A model generated the notes under the pieces. It saw nothing but the letters and a program-made list of their open reading frames with translations, made no database searches and was not told the DNA's origin. 64,000 bases of DNA. Origin: Chloroflexota bacterium (GTDB taxonomy: Bacteria; Chloroflexota; Anaerolineae; Anaerolineales; UBA11579). The stretch covers positions 2,726 through 66,725 of the forward strand of contig QWJF01000001.1 in the NCBI GenBank assembly GCA_009391835.1, written 5' to 3'. The position numbers and the translations under genes were made by a program. Positions 43,415 to 53,412 of the stretch are shown here, in pieces. Position 1 is the stretch's first letter. Each line of letters starts with the position of its first letter.

Positions 43415-44990
43415 CCTGGATGCCCTTCTGGCGGTTTTGCCAGAAGACATTCGGACGTCGGTAAGCAAAAGCAACCACAGCAGCGATCTACTTGAAGTGA
43501 TAATGGATCTGGGCCGGGTTCCCACGGCGCGGTTAACAACGGGCGAAATTGTGCTGTTAGACCGCGAGGTGACCCCGAAGGATATCCAGCATGTGGTGGA
43601 TGGACTCGGCGATTTTGATGAGGATAACCGGGCAGGCATTGAGCGCACCTTGCACCGCATTTCGGGGATACGTAACCGGCGCGGCGATGTGGTGGGGCTT
43701 ACGCTGCGGGTGGGGCGGGCCGTGTATGGCACGATTGACATCATTCAGGATTTGATTGAAGAGGGCAAGAGCCTATTGCTACTGGGGCGGCCCGGGGTGG
43801 GCAAGACAACCATGCTGCGCGAGGTGGCCCGTATTCTGGCGGAAAAGAATCGGGTCGTGGTAGTGGATACGTCGAATGAGATCGGCGGAGACGGCGACGT
43901 GCCGCATCCAGCCGTGGGCCGTGCGCGGCGCATGCAGGTGGCGACGCCCTCTATGCAGCACGAAGTGATGATTGAAGCAGTGGAAAACCACAGCCCGGAA
44001 GTCATCGTAATTGATGAAATCGGGCGCGAGCTCGAGGCGATGGCGGCGCGTACGATTGCTGAACGGGGCGTGCAATTAATCGGCACAGCGCACGGTAACT
44101 CTCTGGAGAATCTACTGCTTAACCCGACGCTTTCCGATCTGGTAGGCGGGATTGAATCGGTGACATTATCGGATGAGGAAGCAAGGCGGAGAGGCACCCA
44201 AAAGACGGTGCTGGAGCGGCGATCGCCGCCGACCTTTGACGTGCTGATCGAGTTAAGGACGCGCGACCAACTGGCTGTGCATAGGGATGTGGGCGCGGCG
44301 GTGGATGCCTTGCTGCGCGGCTTCCCGCAACCCGCAGAAATCAGGACGCGGGACGAGAAGGGTGAAATCCAAATTGAGCAACCCCCTGCCCCACGCACAC
44401 GCGGCCGCCAGACCAGCAATGGCGGACCGCTGCGGCGCAATATGACTGCGGAACTACCCACCGCCACGGCATCTGCGCCGGTTGTACCGGCACAAACCGT
44501 GACACCGCGCAGTGGAAGCAAAATGGAAACAATGCGCGTGTTCCCGTTTGGCGTGGCGCGCAACCGGCTAAGCAACGCGGCCAAGCGGCTGGGCGTGCCG
44601 GTGAATGCAGTGAAAGACGTTAGCGAGGCCGACGTGCTGGTAACGCTGCGCTCGTATTATCGCAAGCGGCAACGCACGATCGTGGACGCTGAACAGCGCG
44701 GCATGCCGGTCTATGTGCTGCGGGCGAATACGGTAGCGCAAATGGAGCGCTTCCTGAGCGGCCTGTTTGATCTGCCCTCCACCAGTGAAGGACCGGGCAA
44801 CGTGGATAACCAATTGCAAAGCACTCAGGAGGCGATTGAAGCGGTGTTAAATGGTGAACGCTGGGTGGAATTGCCGGCGGCCTCATCGTATATTCGGCGC
44901 TTGCAGCATGAAATGGCGCAGCAATCCAACTTGGTCTCCCACTCCTACGGGCGCGAACCGAACCGGCGCGTGCGCATCTTTCGCGAATAG
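43389..44990 (+). CDS. Ycf45/SpoIIIAA-like P-loop ATPase with C-terminal R3H nucleic-acid-binding domain
   Basis: DNRAGIERTLHRISGIRNR, LLLLGRPGVGKTT, VVDTSNEIGGDGDVPHPAVGRARRMQV and IDEIG, with an R3H-like tail ...SHSYGREPNRRVRIF. Confidence 0.78.
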   Translation: MTRRQITDDLDALLAVLPEDIRTSVSKSNHSSDLLEVIMDLGRVPTARLTTGEIVLLDREVTPKDIQHVVDGLGDFDEDNRAGIERTLHRISGIRNRRGDVVGLTLRVGRAVYGTIDIIQDLIEEGKSLLLLGRPGVGKTTMLREVARILAEKNRVVVVDTSNEIGGDGDVPHPAVGRARRMQVATPSMQHEVMIEAVENHSPEVIVIDEIGRELEAMAARTIAERGVQLIGTAHGNSLENLLLNPTLSDLVGGIESVTLSDEEARRRGTQKTVLERRSPPTFDVLIELRTRDQLAVHRDVGAAVDALLRGFPQPAEIRTRDEKGEIQIEQPPAPRTRGRQTSNGGPLRRNMTAELPTATASAPVVPAQTVTPRSGSKMETMRVFPFGVARNRLSNAAKRLGVPVNAVKDVSEADVLVTLRSYYRKRQRTIVDAEQRGMPVYVLRANTVAQMERFLSGLFDLPSTSEGPGNVDNQLQSTQEAIEAVLNGERWVELPAASSYIRRLQHEMAQQSNLVSHSYGREPNRRVRIFRE

Positions 44991-45007
44991 CGCGGCGAAT
45001 CGAAGCC

Positions 45008-45622
45008 ATGTTTATTACATTAGAAGGGCCAGAGGGCAGTGGAAAGACCTCGCAGATGCCACGGCTAGCGGCGCGGCTTGAAGCGAAGGGCTTTCACGTA
45101 GTTCAGACGCGGGAGCCGGGGGGCACGCCGATTGGAGACCAAATCCGCGAAGTGCTCTTTGATTTAGAGAACACTGCAATGCATCCGCGCAGCGAGATTC
45201 TGTTGTTTCAGGCTTCCCGATCGCAATTGGTGGAGCAGGTGATCAAGCCGGCGCTGAGTGCCGGGCACGTTGTGCTTTGCGACCGCTATGCGGATTCGAC
45301 ACTGGCCTATCAGGGTTATGGGCACGGAGTGGATTTGGAGCAACTTTCTGAAATCGTCAACTTTGCCACCGGGGGCTTGAAACCCGACCTGACCCTTTTT
45401 CTGGATGTGGATGTGCGCGACGGGCTGGATCGGCGCGGTTCGGATGGGGACTGGAACCGGTTGGATGATTATGATGTTGCGTTTCATCAACGGGTCTACA
45501 AGGGATACAAGAAGCTGATGGCGGCGGAACCTCAACGCTGGGTAAAGGTGGATGCCTCAGCGGATCCAGAGGCAGTGGCAGAGGCCTTGCAGGCGGCCGT
45601 CCTCGAACGACTAAAGACCTGA
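45008..45622 (+). CDS. tmk: Thymidylate kinase
   Basis: MFITLEGPEGSGKTSQ...DRYADSTLAYQG. Confidence 0.9.
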   Translation: MFITLEGPEGSGKTSQMPRLAARLEAKGFHVVQTREPGGTPIGDQIREVLFDLENTAMHPRSEILLFQASRSQLVEQVIKPALSAGHVVLCDRYADSTLAYQGYGHGVDLEQLSEIVNFATGGLKPDLTLFLDVDVRDGLDRRGSDGDWNRLDDYDVAFHQRVYKGYKKLMAAEPQRWVKVDASADPEAVAEALQAAVLERLKT

Positions 45623-45774
45623 TTGTTGCAGAGGGGGCTTTACCAAGCAAAGGACAATTGTCCTTCTATAGTGTGAAGAATGCCCCTCGTTTGCAAGGTT
45701 TCCCAATCTTATACTTTCGTCAAGATGTTCTCCAATTCACGAGAACTGAAGACAAATCGCAAAAGGAGTATTTC

Positions 45775-46341
45775 ATGGACGCTATTGTTACTCGCAAAGG
45801 CACAATCATTTCCGATCCACCTTTCGCAACCAAGATTTTTGACAGCAAGCATGCGGCTTGGGTGTGGGCCGTGCTGCGCATCTGGGTAGGACTCAAATGG
45901 CTGGATGCCGGGCGGCACAAAATCGAAGACCCGGCGTGGTCCAAGACCGGCGAAGCACTGTTGGGCTTCTGGAACCGCATCGTTGAGATCCCAGCCGAAG
46001 GCCGACCAGCGATTTCCTTCGATTGGTATCGCAGCTTTATCCAATCGATGATTGATGCAGGTTCGCACAGTTGGTTTGGCCCGCTGGTGGCCTACGGCGA
46101 AACCCTGATCGGCATCGCGCTGATCCTGGGCGCCTTCACTGGCATCGCAGCTTTCTTCGGTGCTTTCATGAATTGGAATTTCATGATGGCCGGTTCGGCG
46201 AGCACCAACCCGATGCTCTTCGTGATTTCCATCGGGCTGATCCTGGCCTGGAAAGTGGCGGGCTACGTAGGCCTGGACTACTTCCTGCTGCCCTGGCTGG
46301 GCACACCCTGGAAAGGGAAGCCCACAAAAGCGAAAAAGTAG
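45775..46341 (+). CDS. DoxX/DoxD-like membrane protein
   Basis: Four TM helices (RIWVGLKWLDAG...). AAGGAG SD before ATG 45775. Confidence 0.5.
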   Translation: MDAIVTRKGTIISDPPFATKIFDSKHAAWVWAVLRIWVGLKWLDAGRHKIEDPAWSKTGEALLGFWNRIVEIPAEGRPAISFDWYRSFIQSMIDAGSHSWFGPLVAYGETLIGIALILGAFTGIAAFFGAFMNWNFMMAGSASTNPMLFVISIGLILAWKVAGYVGLDYFLLPWLGTPWKGKPTKAKK

Positions 46342-46363
46342 CTAGCTCTGCAGAACACGATAA

Positions 46364-46392
46364 ATAGGCGCCGTTCGGCGCCTATTTTTTTG
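46364..46392 (+). terminator. Rho-independent terminator
   Basis: ATAGGCGCC-GTTC-GGCGCCTAT followed by T7. Confidence 0.85.
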
Positions 46393-46460
46393 ACGGAGAT
46401 GGTGAAGAAGAGGGCTAGGTATAATACGCCAACTCACCCAAAATTCAATATGAGATTCGA

Positions 46461-47084
46461 TTGAACCAAGAGAGACCTGATTTCGGCCCCATCCAACACC
46501 CGCTATTGATCGTCATTTCGGGACCTTCGGGCGTTGGTAAGGACAGCGTTGTGCGCGGGTTGAAAGACAGCGGGCTGCCACTGCATTTTGTCGTGACGGT
46601 GAACACGCGATCGCCGCGAGCCGATGAGAAGGAAGGAGTGGACTACATTTTTATCGGGCGCGCGGAATTTGAACGCATGCGTGAGGCGGGCGAATTACTG
46701 GAAGATGCCAAGGTGTACAACGATTACAAGGGCGTACCGCGCGAACAGGTGCGGGCGGCGATGGCCAGCGGCAAGGACGTATTGATGCGGCTGGATGTTC
46801 AGGGGGCGGAGACGATCCGGGAAGTGGCGCCCGACGCACTGTTGATCTTTTTGACCACAGCGAGCGAAGACGAGTTGATTGAACGCTTGCGGGGGCGAAA
46901 GACAGAAAGCGCTGAGGATCTGGCGCTGCGGCTGGAGACGGCCCACGAGGAATTCAGCCACTTGGACAACTTCGATTACGTGGTAGCAAATCGCGAGGAC
47001 GCCCTCGAGGAGACCGTGGCTGCAGTGGTGGGGATCATCCGGGCCGAGCACCAACGCGTGCTTCCTCGCCGAGTGCAGTTGTGA
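46461..47084 (+). CDS. gmk: Guanylate kinase
   Basis: LLIVISGPSGVGKDSV...YNDYKGVPRE.... TTG start. Confidence 0.88.
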   Translation: MNQERPDFGPIQHPLLIVISGPSGVGKDSVVRGLKDSGLPLHFVVTVNTRSPRADEKEGVDYIFIGRAEFERMREAGELLEDAKVYNDYKGVPREQVRAAMASGKDVLMRLDVQGAETIREVAPDALLIFLTTASEDELIERLRGRKTESAEDLALRLETAHEEFSHLDNFDYVVANREDALEETVAAVVGIIRAEHQRVLPRRVQL

Positions 47085-47920
47085 GCGAAATTCACGAAGA
47101 AGCGAAAAGGGAATATCCGGTCAGCCAATCGGGGGCTGAGGCCAGCGCGCCGCCCCCCGAGGCGTTGCCGCGGCGCTTCTTCGTGCGAATGCCGGAGCGA
47201 CAGCCCTACGCAGTGTGGGGGCTGCTGATCGTGACCATCGGCGTTTTCCTGCTGCAAATGCTGACTCAGAGCGGGGCGTTGGACCTGGGAAACTGTCCTT
47301 ACTTCTTTTCGCCGGACTTGCCAGCTTGTTATGGCTTGAAGGTAAATGAATTTATTGTCCGGGGCCAGTACTGGCGTCTGCTGGCGCCGATACTGTTGCA
47401 TGGGTCCCTGCTGCACGTGGGCTTCAACATGTACGCGCTGTATGTGCTGGGGCCGGAGCTTGAGCGGCACCTTGGGCACGCCTCCTTCTTGGCGCTGTAT
47501 GTGATCAGCGGATTCGCGGGTTTCGTGGTGTCGTTCCTGCTGACGCCGGCGGCTTCGTTGGGCGCGTCCACAGCAGTGTTTGGGCTGCTGGCGGCGCAGG
47601 CCGTGTTCATTTACCGTAACCAACATATCTTTGGGGAGCGGGCGCGCTTGGCACTGCGCAACATCCTGAATATCGCAGTGATTAACTTTGTGATCGGACT
47701 AAGCCCCGGGATTGACAACTGGGGGCATCTAGGTGGCTTTCTGGGGGGGGCGCTATTTGCCTGGCTGGCGGCGCCCGATTACCGGGTGGTGGGGGAAGGG
47801 CCGCAGTTTGATCTGGACGACCAGATGCCGGCGGGCCGCTACGTGGTGGCGGGGCTGGCTACAGCTATAGTGTTTGGGGCGCTGGCGGCAGTGCGTATTT
47901 GGGGTGCAGCCAGCGCGTAG
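47081..47920 (+). CDS. Rhomboid family intramembrane serine protease
   Basis: HGSLLHVGFNMYAL (HxxxN) and GASTAVFGLL (GxSxxxF). GTGA overlap with gmk. Confidence 0.85.
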   Translation: MSEIHEEAKREYPVSQSGAEASAPPPEALPRRFFVRMPERQPYAVWGLLIVTIGVFLLQMLTQSGALDLGNCPYFFSPDLPACYGLKVNEFIVRGQYWRLLAPILLHGSLLHVGFNMYALYVLGPELERHLGHASFLALYVISGFAGFVVSFLLTPAASLGASTAVFGLLAAQAVFIYRNQHIFGERARLALRNILNIAVINFVIGLSPGIDNWGHLGGFLGGALFAWLAAPDYRVVGEGPQFDLDDQMPAGRYVVAGLATAIVFGALAAVRIWGAASA

Positions 47921-47925
47921 GGCGC

Positions 47926-48747
47926 TTAGCTGATCTCTTCCAGGAGCCCGGCCCATTCGAGCGGCTCCTGCCAATCCTTCTGATTATCCTCATAGGCCCA
48001 CCAGGCGGAGAGCACGGCCTGGGAGAAGGCCCAGCCTAAGACGCGTTCGCGATCCAGGCCAAGTTCGTGAACGAAGATATCCACGCGGCGCGCAAGCACA
48101 GTCTCAGGCGATGTGAGCCGGCTCATCTGGTGCACGGGGTTGCGAAGACAGGCGCCAACTTCGTAGGCAGGCTCGCCGAGGACACCTTTAGGATCGATGG
48201 CCAACCAGGGCTGGCGTTGGGCGGAAAGCACATTGCCGTGGTGGAGATCGCCATGCAGCAGGATGGGCTTATCGGATGATGTGACCAGGAGGCCGTAGAG
48301 ACTTTCGGCGCGGGCAACGAGATCTTCTGGAAATGGGCCGTGGCCATCCACAAACTGGGCGCGCAGGCGCGCGAAACCCTGGCCCCAATCGGCGACACTG
48401 GGGAAGATCGATTGGGCGACTTGAATTTTGGACAGGCGCTGGATGACATCGCACAGGATGGTAGTGGCCTGCCGGTCGTCTTCGATCTGGATGAGCGGAC
48501 CGCCGGGCTCCAAACGTTCAAGGAGCAGCGCCCCGCGGGCTTCGTCGGCGTCGATTAGTTTGACTGCGCCGCGGCCGTTGAAGGCTCGCAAAGCCATGAT
48601 CTCGATACTTAATTCTTTGTTAGGGAAACCGAGCTTGAGCACCACCGGGTGGCCGTCGGCCGTGGCGGCTGGTGCGGCGTAGTTGTAGCTGAGCTGGGTG
48701 TAGGGTGGCTCAAGGGTAAGCTGCCAATGGGCGGCCAACTCGTCCAA
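47926..48747 (-). CDS. Aminoglycoside/hydroxyurea-resistance-kinase-like phosphotransferase (APH(6)-like)
   Basis: LLHGDLHHGNVL...AIDPKG catalytic motifs. Confidence 0.7.
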   Translation of the reverse strand: MDELAAHWQLTLEPPYTQLSYNYAAPAATADGHPVVLKLGFPNKELSIEIMALRAFNGRGAVKLIDADEARGALLLERLEPGGPLIQIEDDRQATTILCDVIQRLSKIQVAQSIFPSVADWGQGFARLRAQFVDGHGPFPEDLVARAESLYGLLVTSSDKPILLHGDLHHGNVLSAQRQPWLAIDPKGVLGEPAYEVGACLRNPVHQMSRLTSPETVLARRVDIFVHELGLDRERVLGWAFSQAVLSAWWAYEDNQKDWQEPLEWAGLLEEIS

Positions 48748-48838
48748 CAGTTGGGGAAGCCGAGCTAACCAGTCAGTGCCCCGCTCTAGATGGAGTGTTT
48801 TGGTGCGCTCTAAGAAGGCTGGGTTTAGGTCAGTGATG

Positions 48839-49633
48839 TCAACTCACTTTTTTTGTGGCTTTGGCGTAATCGGGATCTCGCTTTTCGAGGAAGGCCGCAA
48901 GGCCCTCCTGATGGTCGCTGCTGAGCCCGGCGATCTCCTGGTTGTGGGCCTCGTAATCAAGGATTTCGTCCAGGTTGGAAAGCACGGCGCGGTTGAAATC
49001 GCGTTTCGTGAGGCCGAATGCGCCAATGGGTCCGGCTGCTAATTTGGCGGCCCAGGCCTGGGCGGTTTCAGCCAGTTGCTCGGCGGCTATCACTGCGTTG
49101 ACTAAGCCCCAATCCAGGGCTTGCGCTGCGCTAATCGGTTCGTTGAAGAAGGCGGCTTGTGTGGCGCGGCCCAGGCCAATCAGCGTGGGCAACATGAGGG
49201 AGACGGCTGAATCTGGGGCGAGGCCAATGCCGCCAAAGCCAACCACGAAGCGGGCCTCCTGCGCGGCAATGCGCAGATCGCAGGCCATGACAATGCCGAG
49301 GGCGGCACCCGCTGCGGCGCCATTGATGGCGACCAGGACGGGCTTTTCCAAATAGCGGATTTGCTTAATGAGCGGATTGTAGTTTTTGAGCAAGTGGGCG
49401 CGGAAGGAAATGTGTTCTCCCCCGCCGAAAGCGCCCACATCCTGACCGGCGCTGAATAGTTTGCCATTGGCCTGGAGGAGCACGCAGCGCACGGCTTCTT
49501 CGCGCTTGGCCTCCTTGAGTGCCTCTTGCAGGGCAGCGATGAGGGCATCGTCGAACGCGTTGGCCTTGGGGCGGTTAAGGGTGAGGGCAAGCACACCGCC
49601 CTTGAGGGAACGCAGCAAACTATCGTCAGCCAT
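48839..49633 (-). CDS. Enoyl-CoA hydratase/isomerase (crotonase) family protein
   Basis: LTLNRPKANAF...FSAGQD...VAINGAAAGAG-like oxyanion-hole motifs. Confidence 0.8.
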   Translation of the reverse strand: MADDSLLRSLKGGVLALTLNRPKANAFDDALIAALQEALKEAKREEAVRCVLLQANGKLFSAGQDVGAFGGGEHISFRAHLLKNYNPLIKQIRYLEKPVLVAINGAAAGAALGIVMACDLRIAAQEARFVVGFGGIGLAPDSAVSLMLPTLIGLGRATQAAFFNEPISAAQALDWGLVNAVIAAEQLAETAQAWAAKLAAGPIGAFGLTKRDFNRAVLSNLDEILDYEAHNQEIAGLSSDHQEGLAAFLEKRDPDYAKATKKVS

Positions 49634-49745
49634 AGAGACCTCCGTGGTCGTTATTCCATTGTATTCAGATGGTTGGGCTGGGGCTATTTAAGTGAGGAGC
49701 GAATTGGGTTGTCGGCGCTACGCGCCTCTTCGGAGTGACGAGGAT

Positions 49746-50120
49746 TCAGGCGAGCGGGCCGTAATCGTCGCCGTCGTCATCGGGGTCGTCATCGAAATCA
49801 ATGGCGAGTTCGATTTCTTCGTCGGGTAAGCGCACCCAGAGCAGAAGCACCTGACCTTCCTCGGTCTCGGTGGCGCGGGCAGCCACAATGGGAGCCTCTT
49901 TGTTTAGCCCGTCATCTGATTTAAATTCAAGGGTGATGATTTCGCCGCGCTTCCAGGCTTTATAGCAGCGCTCAACAAGCTCGTCCCCGTTGAAGGTACG
50001 CAACTGGGTCAGGGCCACGTTGAAAAGCGAGGGGCCTTCCAGCACGCCAGTAAGCCAGCCCTCGTCCACCAATTCAAAGGTTGGCGGCGGGCCTTCGATG
50101 ATTGTGATCTTATCGTCCAT
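49746..50120 (-). CDS. Hypothetical acidic protein
   Basis: 124-aa ORF with plausible codon usage and an Asp-rich tail. No recognisable domain. Confidence 0.4.
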   Translation of the reverse strand: MDDKITIIEGPPPTFELVDEGWLTGVLEGPSLFNVALTQLRTFNGDELVERCYKAWKRGEIITLEFKSDDGLNKEAPIVAARATETEEGQVLLLWVRLPDEEIELAIDFDDDPDDDGDDYGPLA

Positions 50121-50223
50121 TGGTTAGCAGATGTCTCTTACGGGCAAAATATTACCATACCTTCAACGCACAAGTTGCGGCGCGGAGCGCGCAAAACACG
50201 GCGGGTATAATGCCGCGGCGCCC

Positions 50224-50589
50224 ATGTATAAACTGATTATTTTGATCGAAAGCGAAGCCATCCGCGAGGAACTGGAACGGCGCTGGCCCGAATTTCTAGC
50301 GGTGGCCGAGCAAATGCCGGGCCTGTTGCGCGAGACGACCAGCCGTGTGGATCGCGTGGTGCACGGAGGCTATGGCGCCCAACTGGTGCACGAGTTATTT
50401 TTTGAATCCCTAAAAGCCGCGGCTGAAGCGATGGGTTCTCCCGAGGGAGAACGCGCTGGCCAGTTGTTGCAGGAGATCAGCGGGGGCAAAGTGAGCCTGC
50501 TGCTGGCGGACCACACCCAAGACGAATTAAGTAATATCCGCCGCCATTCGCAAGCCAGCGACGATATTCCACCGGGGGACCGCGCATGA
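50224..50589 (+). CDS. Hypothetical protein (EthD / ferredoxin-like fold suspected)
   Basis: Start refined to MYKLIILIESE. Weak resemblance only. Confidence 0.35.
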   Translation: MYKLIILIESEAIREELERRWPEFLAVAEQMPGLLRETTSRVDRVVHGGYGAQLVHELFFESLKAAAEAMGSPEGERAGQLLQEISGGKVSLLLADHTQDELSNIRRHSQASDDIPPGDRA

Positions 50590-51374
50590 GAAAATTCGTC
50601 CCGATTGCGCTGAAGACACCAGAGGGCGCATGGCGAAAATGGGCGTTGGCTCTTGGGGTGCCGCTGGCGCTGGCCCTAGGAGTTCTTTTGTATCTGTATT
50701 TCGGGCCGCGCAGCAGTTCAGGACGCTGGGCCTACTTCCGGGCTTTGCTGCTGGATCGGGCGACCTTTGAGAAATTTACAATCCAGCCGGGCAGCCGCTG
50801 CGACGATGCACCGTTTGCCTTTCCGACCGCCGGAGCCGTAATTGGATTGTGGGACCAATCGTATCGGCCTGGGCACAGGCATTCAGGGTTGGATATTTTT
50901 CCGGGCACCTAACGGGGCCAGACGCCAGTCTATGCAGCCTATTCGGGTTATCTGAGCCGATTGCCGGATTGGACCGCGACCGTGATCATCCGCATTCCAG
51001 AGGATCCACTGTACTCACGACGCCAAATTTGGACCTATTACACACATATGGCGGACCAGCAGGGTGAAAGTTTTATCTCGGAAAATTTCCCCTCAGGCAC
51101 TTTTGGGGTGTATGTGGAGGAAGGCACTTTTCTGGGCTACATAGGCAATTACTCCGGAGACGTGAACAACCCAACCGGATTGCATTTGCATTTTTCAGTG
51201 GTGAAAGATGATGGGGACGGGGATTTTTTGAATGAGCTGGATATTCGCAACACGCGCGACCCGACTCCTTACTTCAACATGGCAGTGAACCACAATATCA
51301 ATCCGAATGAGATTCCGCTTTGCCAGGAAGAGATTACGCTGGCGGATTGGGCATTGGTGGCAGATGGCGGCTGA
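50586..51374 (+). pseudogene. M23 family metallopeptidase interrupted by one in-frame TAA at 50910-50912
   Basis: HSGLD (HxxxD) lies upstream of the stop, and GQTPVYAAYSGYL and GLHLHF (HxH) lie downstream, all in the same frame: ...HSGLDIFPGT*RGQTPVYAAYSGYLSRLPDW.... Confidence 0.78.
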
Positions 51375-51975
51375 GTTGCACGAGCGCGTGGCGCTGGTGA
51401 TCGGGGCGGGATCGCCTCTGGGCGAAGCGGCGGCGAAGGCGCTGGCCGCCGCGGGGTCGCGAGTCGCGGTTTGCGATTGGTCGCCGGATGCGGCCGAACG
51501 AGTGGCGAACGGATTAGGCGAAGCTGGGGGCCATGCAATGGCGGTGGCCGCGGATGCCTCCAAGAAGCTGGCGTTGCAGAGTGCCATCCAGGCCGTGTTG
51601 GAGCGCTGGGAGCGAATTGACGTGCTGGTAAACGCCAGCGCGGTGCAGCCGCTAGCGGCCTTGCTGGATATGGACGAATGGGATTGGCACCGGGCGCTGG
51701 ATCTCAACCTGGGGGCCGCATTTATGGCTACGCAATCCGTGGGGCGGGTGATGCGCGAGCTAGGCGGCGGGCTGATCGTGTTCCTGGTGGATGCGAGCGT
51801 GAAAGCCATTGATTCACCGGCCTACATGGCAGCAGCCGGCGGGGTGCGTGCGCTTTGTGAGGCCGTGCAGCGCGAGTTGGCTAACGCCGAAATTGTGGTT
51901 GAATTGCTGGAAATTGAAGGCGGCGCCGACGAAGTTGGCAAGCGGCTAACGAACCTGACGAGCGGGCTGGAATAG
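51364..51975 (+). CDS. Short-chain dehydrogenase/reductase (short form)
   Basis: VALVIGAGSPLGEAAAKALAAAGSRV Rossmann motif and VLVNAS. Confidence 0.65.
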   Translation: MAAELHERVALVIGAGSPLGEAAAKALAAAGSRVAVCDWSPDAAERVANGLGEAGGHAMAVAADASKKLALQSAIQAVLERWERIDVLVNASAVQPLAALLDMDEWDWHRALDLNLGAAFMATQSVGRVMRELGGGLIVFLVDASVKAIDSPAYMAAAGGVRALCEAVQRELANAEIVVELLEIEGGADEVGKRLTNLTSGLE

Positions 51976-52001
51976 GCCTCGGTCGAATTGGAGCGAGACT
52001 G

Positions 52002-52775
52002 ATGACGGAAACATTGATCCTGACGGAGATCGAAGACGGTGTGGCGTTGGTGCGGCTGAACCGGCCAAAAGCGATGCACGCATTGAACACAGCGCTGATA
52101 GTGGCATTGATGGATGCATTGGATGTGCTGGACAAAGATGATGACGTGGGGGCGATTGTGCTGACCGGGGACGTGCGGGCCTTCGCGGCAGGCGCGGATA
52201 TTAAAGAGATGCAGGATGCTTCCGCGGTGGAGATGCTGCAAAAAGATCACATTGCGCCTTTTGACCGCATCCGCAAGATTGGCAAGCCAGTGATCGCGGC
52301 GGTGTCGGGCTGGTGCCTGGGGGGCGGAAACGAGCTGGCGATGTCCTGCGACATTATCGTGGCTTCTGAGAGCGCTAAATTTGGGCAACCCGAGATCAAT
52401 TTGGGCGTAATGCCCGGAGCCGGGGGTACGCAGCGCCTGACGCGGGCCGTGGGCAAAGCGGTGGCGATGGAAATGGTCCTGAACAACCGTACGCTAAGCG
52501 CCGACGAGGCGCTGCATTATGGGTTGGTAAACCGAGTGGTGCCGGTGGAACGATACTTAGAAGAAGCACGCGCCCTGGCCAAAGAGATTGCCACACGTGC
52601 GCCACTGGCGATCCGGGCGGGCAAGAAAGCGGTGAACCGGGCGCTTGAAACCCATCTAGCCGACGGGATAACTGAAGAACGGCAGTCCTTTTATTCCTTG
52701 TTCTCCACGGATGATCAGAATGAGGGCATGAAAGCCTTCGCGGAGAAACGCAAGGCGAAATGGAAAGGGAAATAA
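52002..52775 (+). CDS. Enoyl-CoA hydratase (crotonase)
   Basis: LNRPKAMHALN...FAAGADIKEM...GGGNELAMSCD...GQPEINLG. Confidence 0.85.
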   Translation: MTETLILTEIEDGVALVRLNRPKAMHALNTALIVALMDALDVLDKDDDVGAIVLTGDVRAFAAGADIKEMQDASAVEMLQKDHIAPFDRIRKIGKPVIAAVSGWCLGGGNELAMSCDIIVASESAKFGQPEINLGVMPGAGGTQRLTRAVGKAVAMEMVLNNRTLSADEALHYGLVNRVVPVERYLEEARALAKEIATRAPLAIRAGKKAVNRALETHLADGITEERQSFYSLFSTDDQNEGMKAFAEKRKAKWKGK

Positions 52776-53410
52776 GGGGACAGTTGGACAAAGCGAAAGC
52801 GATTTTCATGGAGCTCAAGCGTATCGGGCTCCTTTTGCAAACAGACCGGCATTTCCCGAATGTGACGGAGATGGTGGTGGGGGAAGCGGTGAGCGGTTCG
52901 TGGTGGGGGCATTCTAAAGGCAAGCAAATCTACGAGACATTGAACACCTTGTTTGGGCGCGAGGATGTGTTAGTGGTGAAGCTGCTTTCGGGTAAAGTGA
53001 CCCTGGTGCACAAGGCGCTCTGGCCGGCATTGCTAGCTGTGGCCAGGGAGCGGAACAGATGGCAAATGGAAGGGCTGAACGAGGTGGCGAGCGGCCTACT
53101 AGCTAAGCTGGATCGGGACGAGGAGTTAGAAACGGATTGGTTGGCAACGGTGGGGGGTTTTGAATCCAAAGTGCTGCGGGAAGCAGTGAATGAACTCGAG
53201 AAGCGACTATTGATTTACAGCGAACAATTTCATACGGACCGTGGCAAGCACGCCAAGCGACTGAAGAGCTGGGCGTGCTGGGTGGACCACGCGACACTTG
53301 AGGTGGGGGCGCTGGCGGCCAGTGACGCGCAGCAGCAGTTGATGGGCAGAGTGGCTGAGATTAACCGCAAGTTCGGGGCGAGGGCGCGGCTGCCGTGGGG
53401 CAGGGGCTAG
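52760..53410 (+). CDS. Hypothetical protein
   Basis: 216-aa ORF overlapping the crotonase stop. No recognisable motif. Start uncertain (52760 or 52808). Confidence 0.35.
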   Translation: MEREIRGQLDKAKAIFMELKRIGLLLQTDRHFPNVTEMVVGEAVSGSWWGHSKGKQIYETLNTLFGREDVLVVKLLSGKVTLVHKALWPALLAVARERNRWQMEGLNEVASGLLAKLDRDEELETDWLATVGGFESKVLREAVNELEKRLLIYSEQFHTDRGKHAKRLKSWACWVDHATLEVGALAASDAQQQLMGRVAEINRKFGARARLPWGRG

Positions 53411-53412
53411 GG

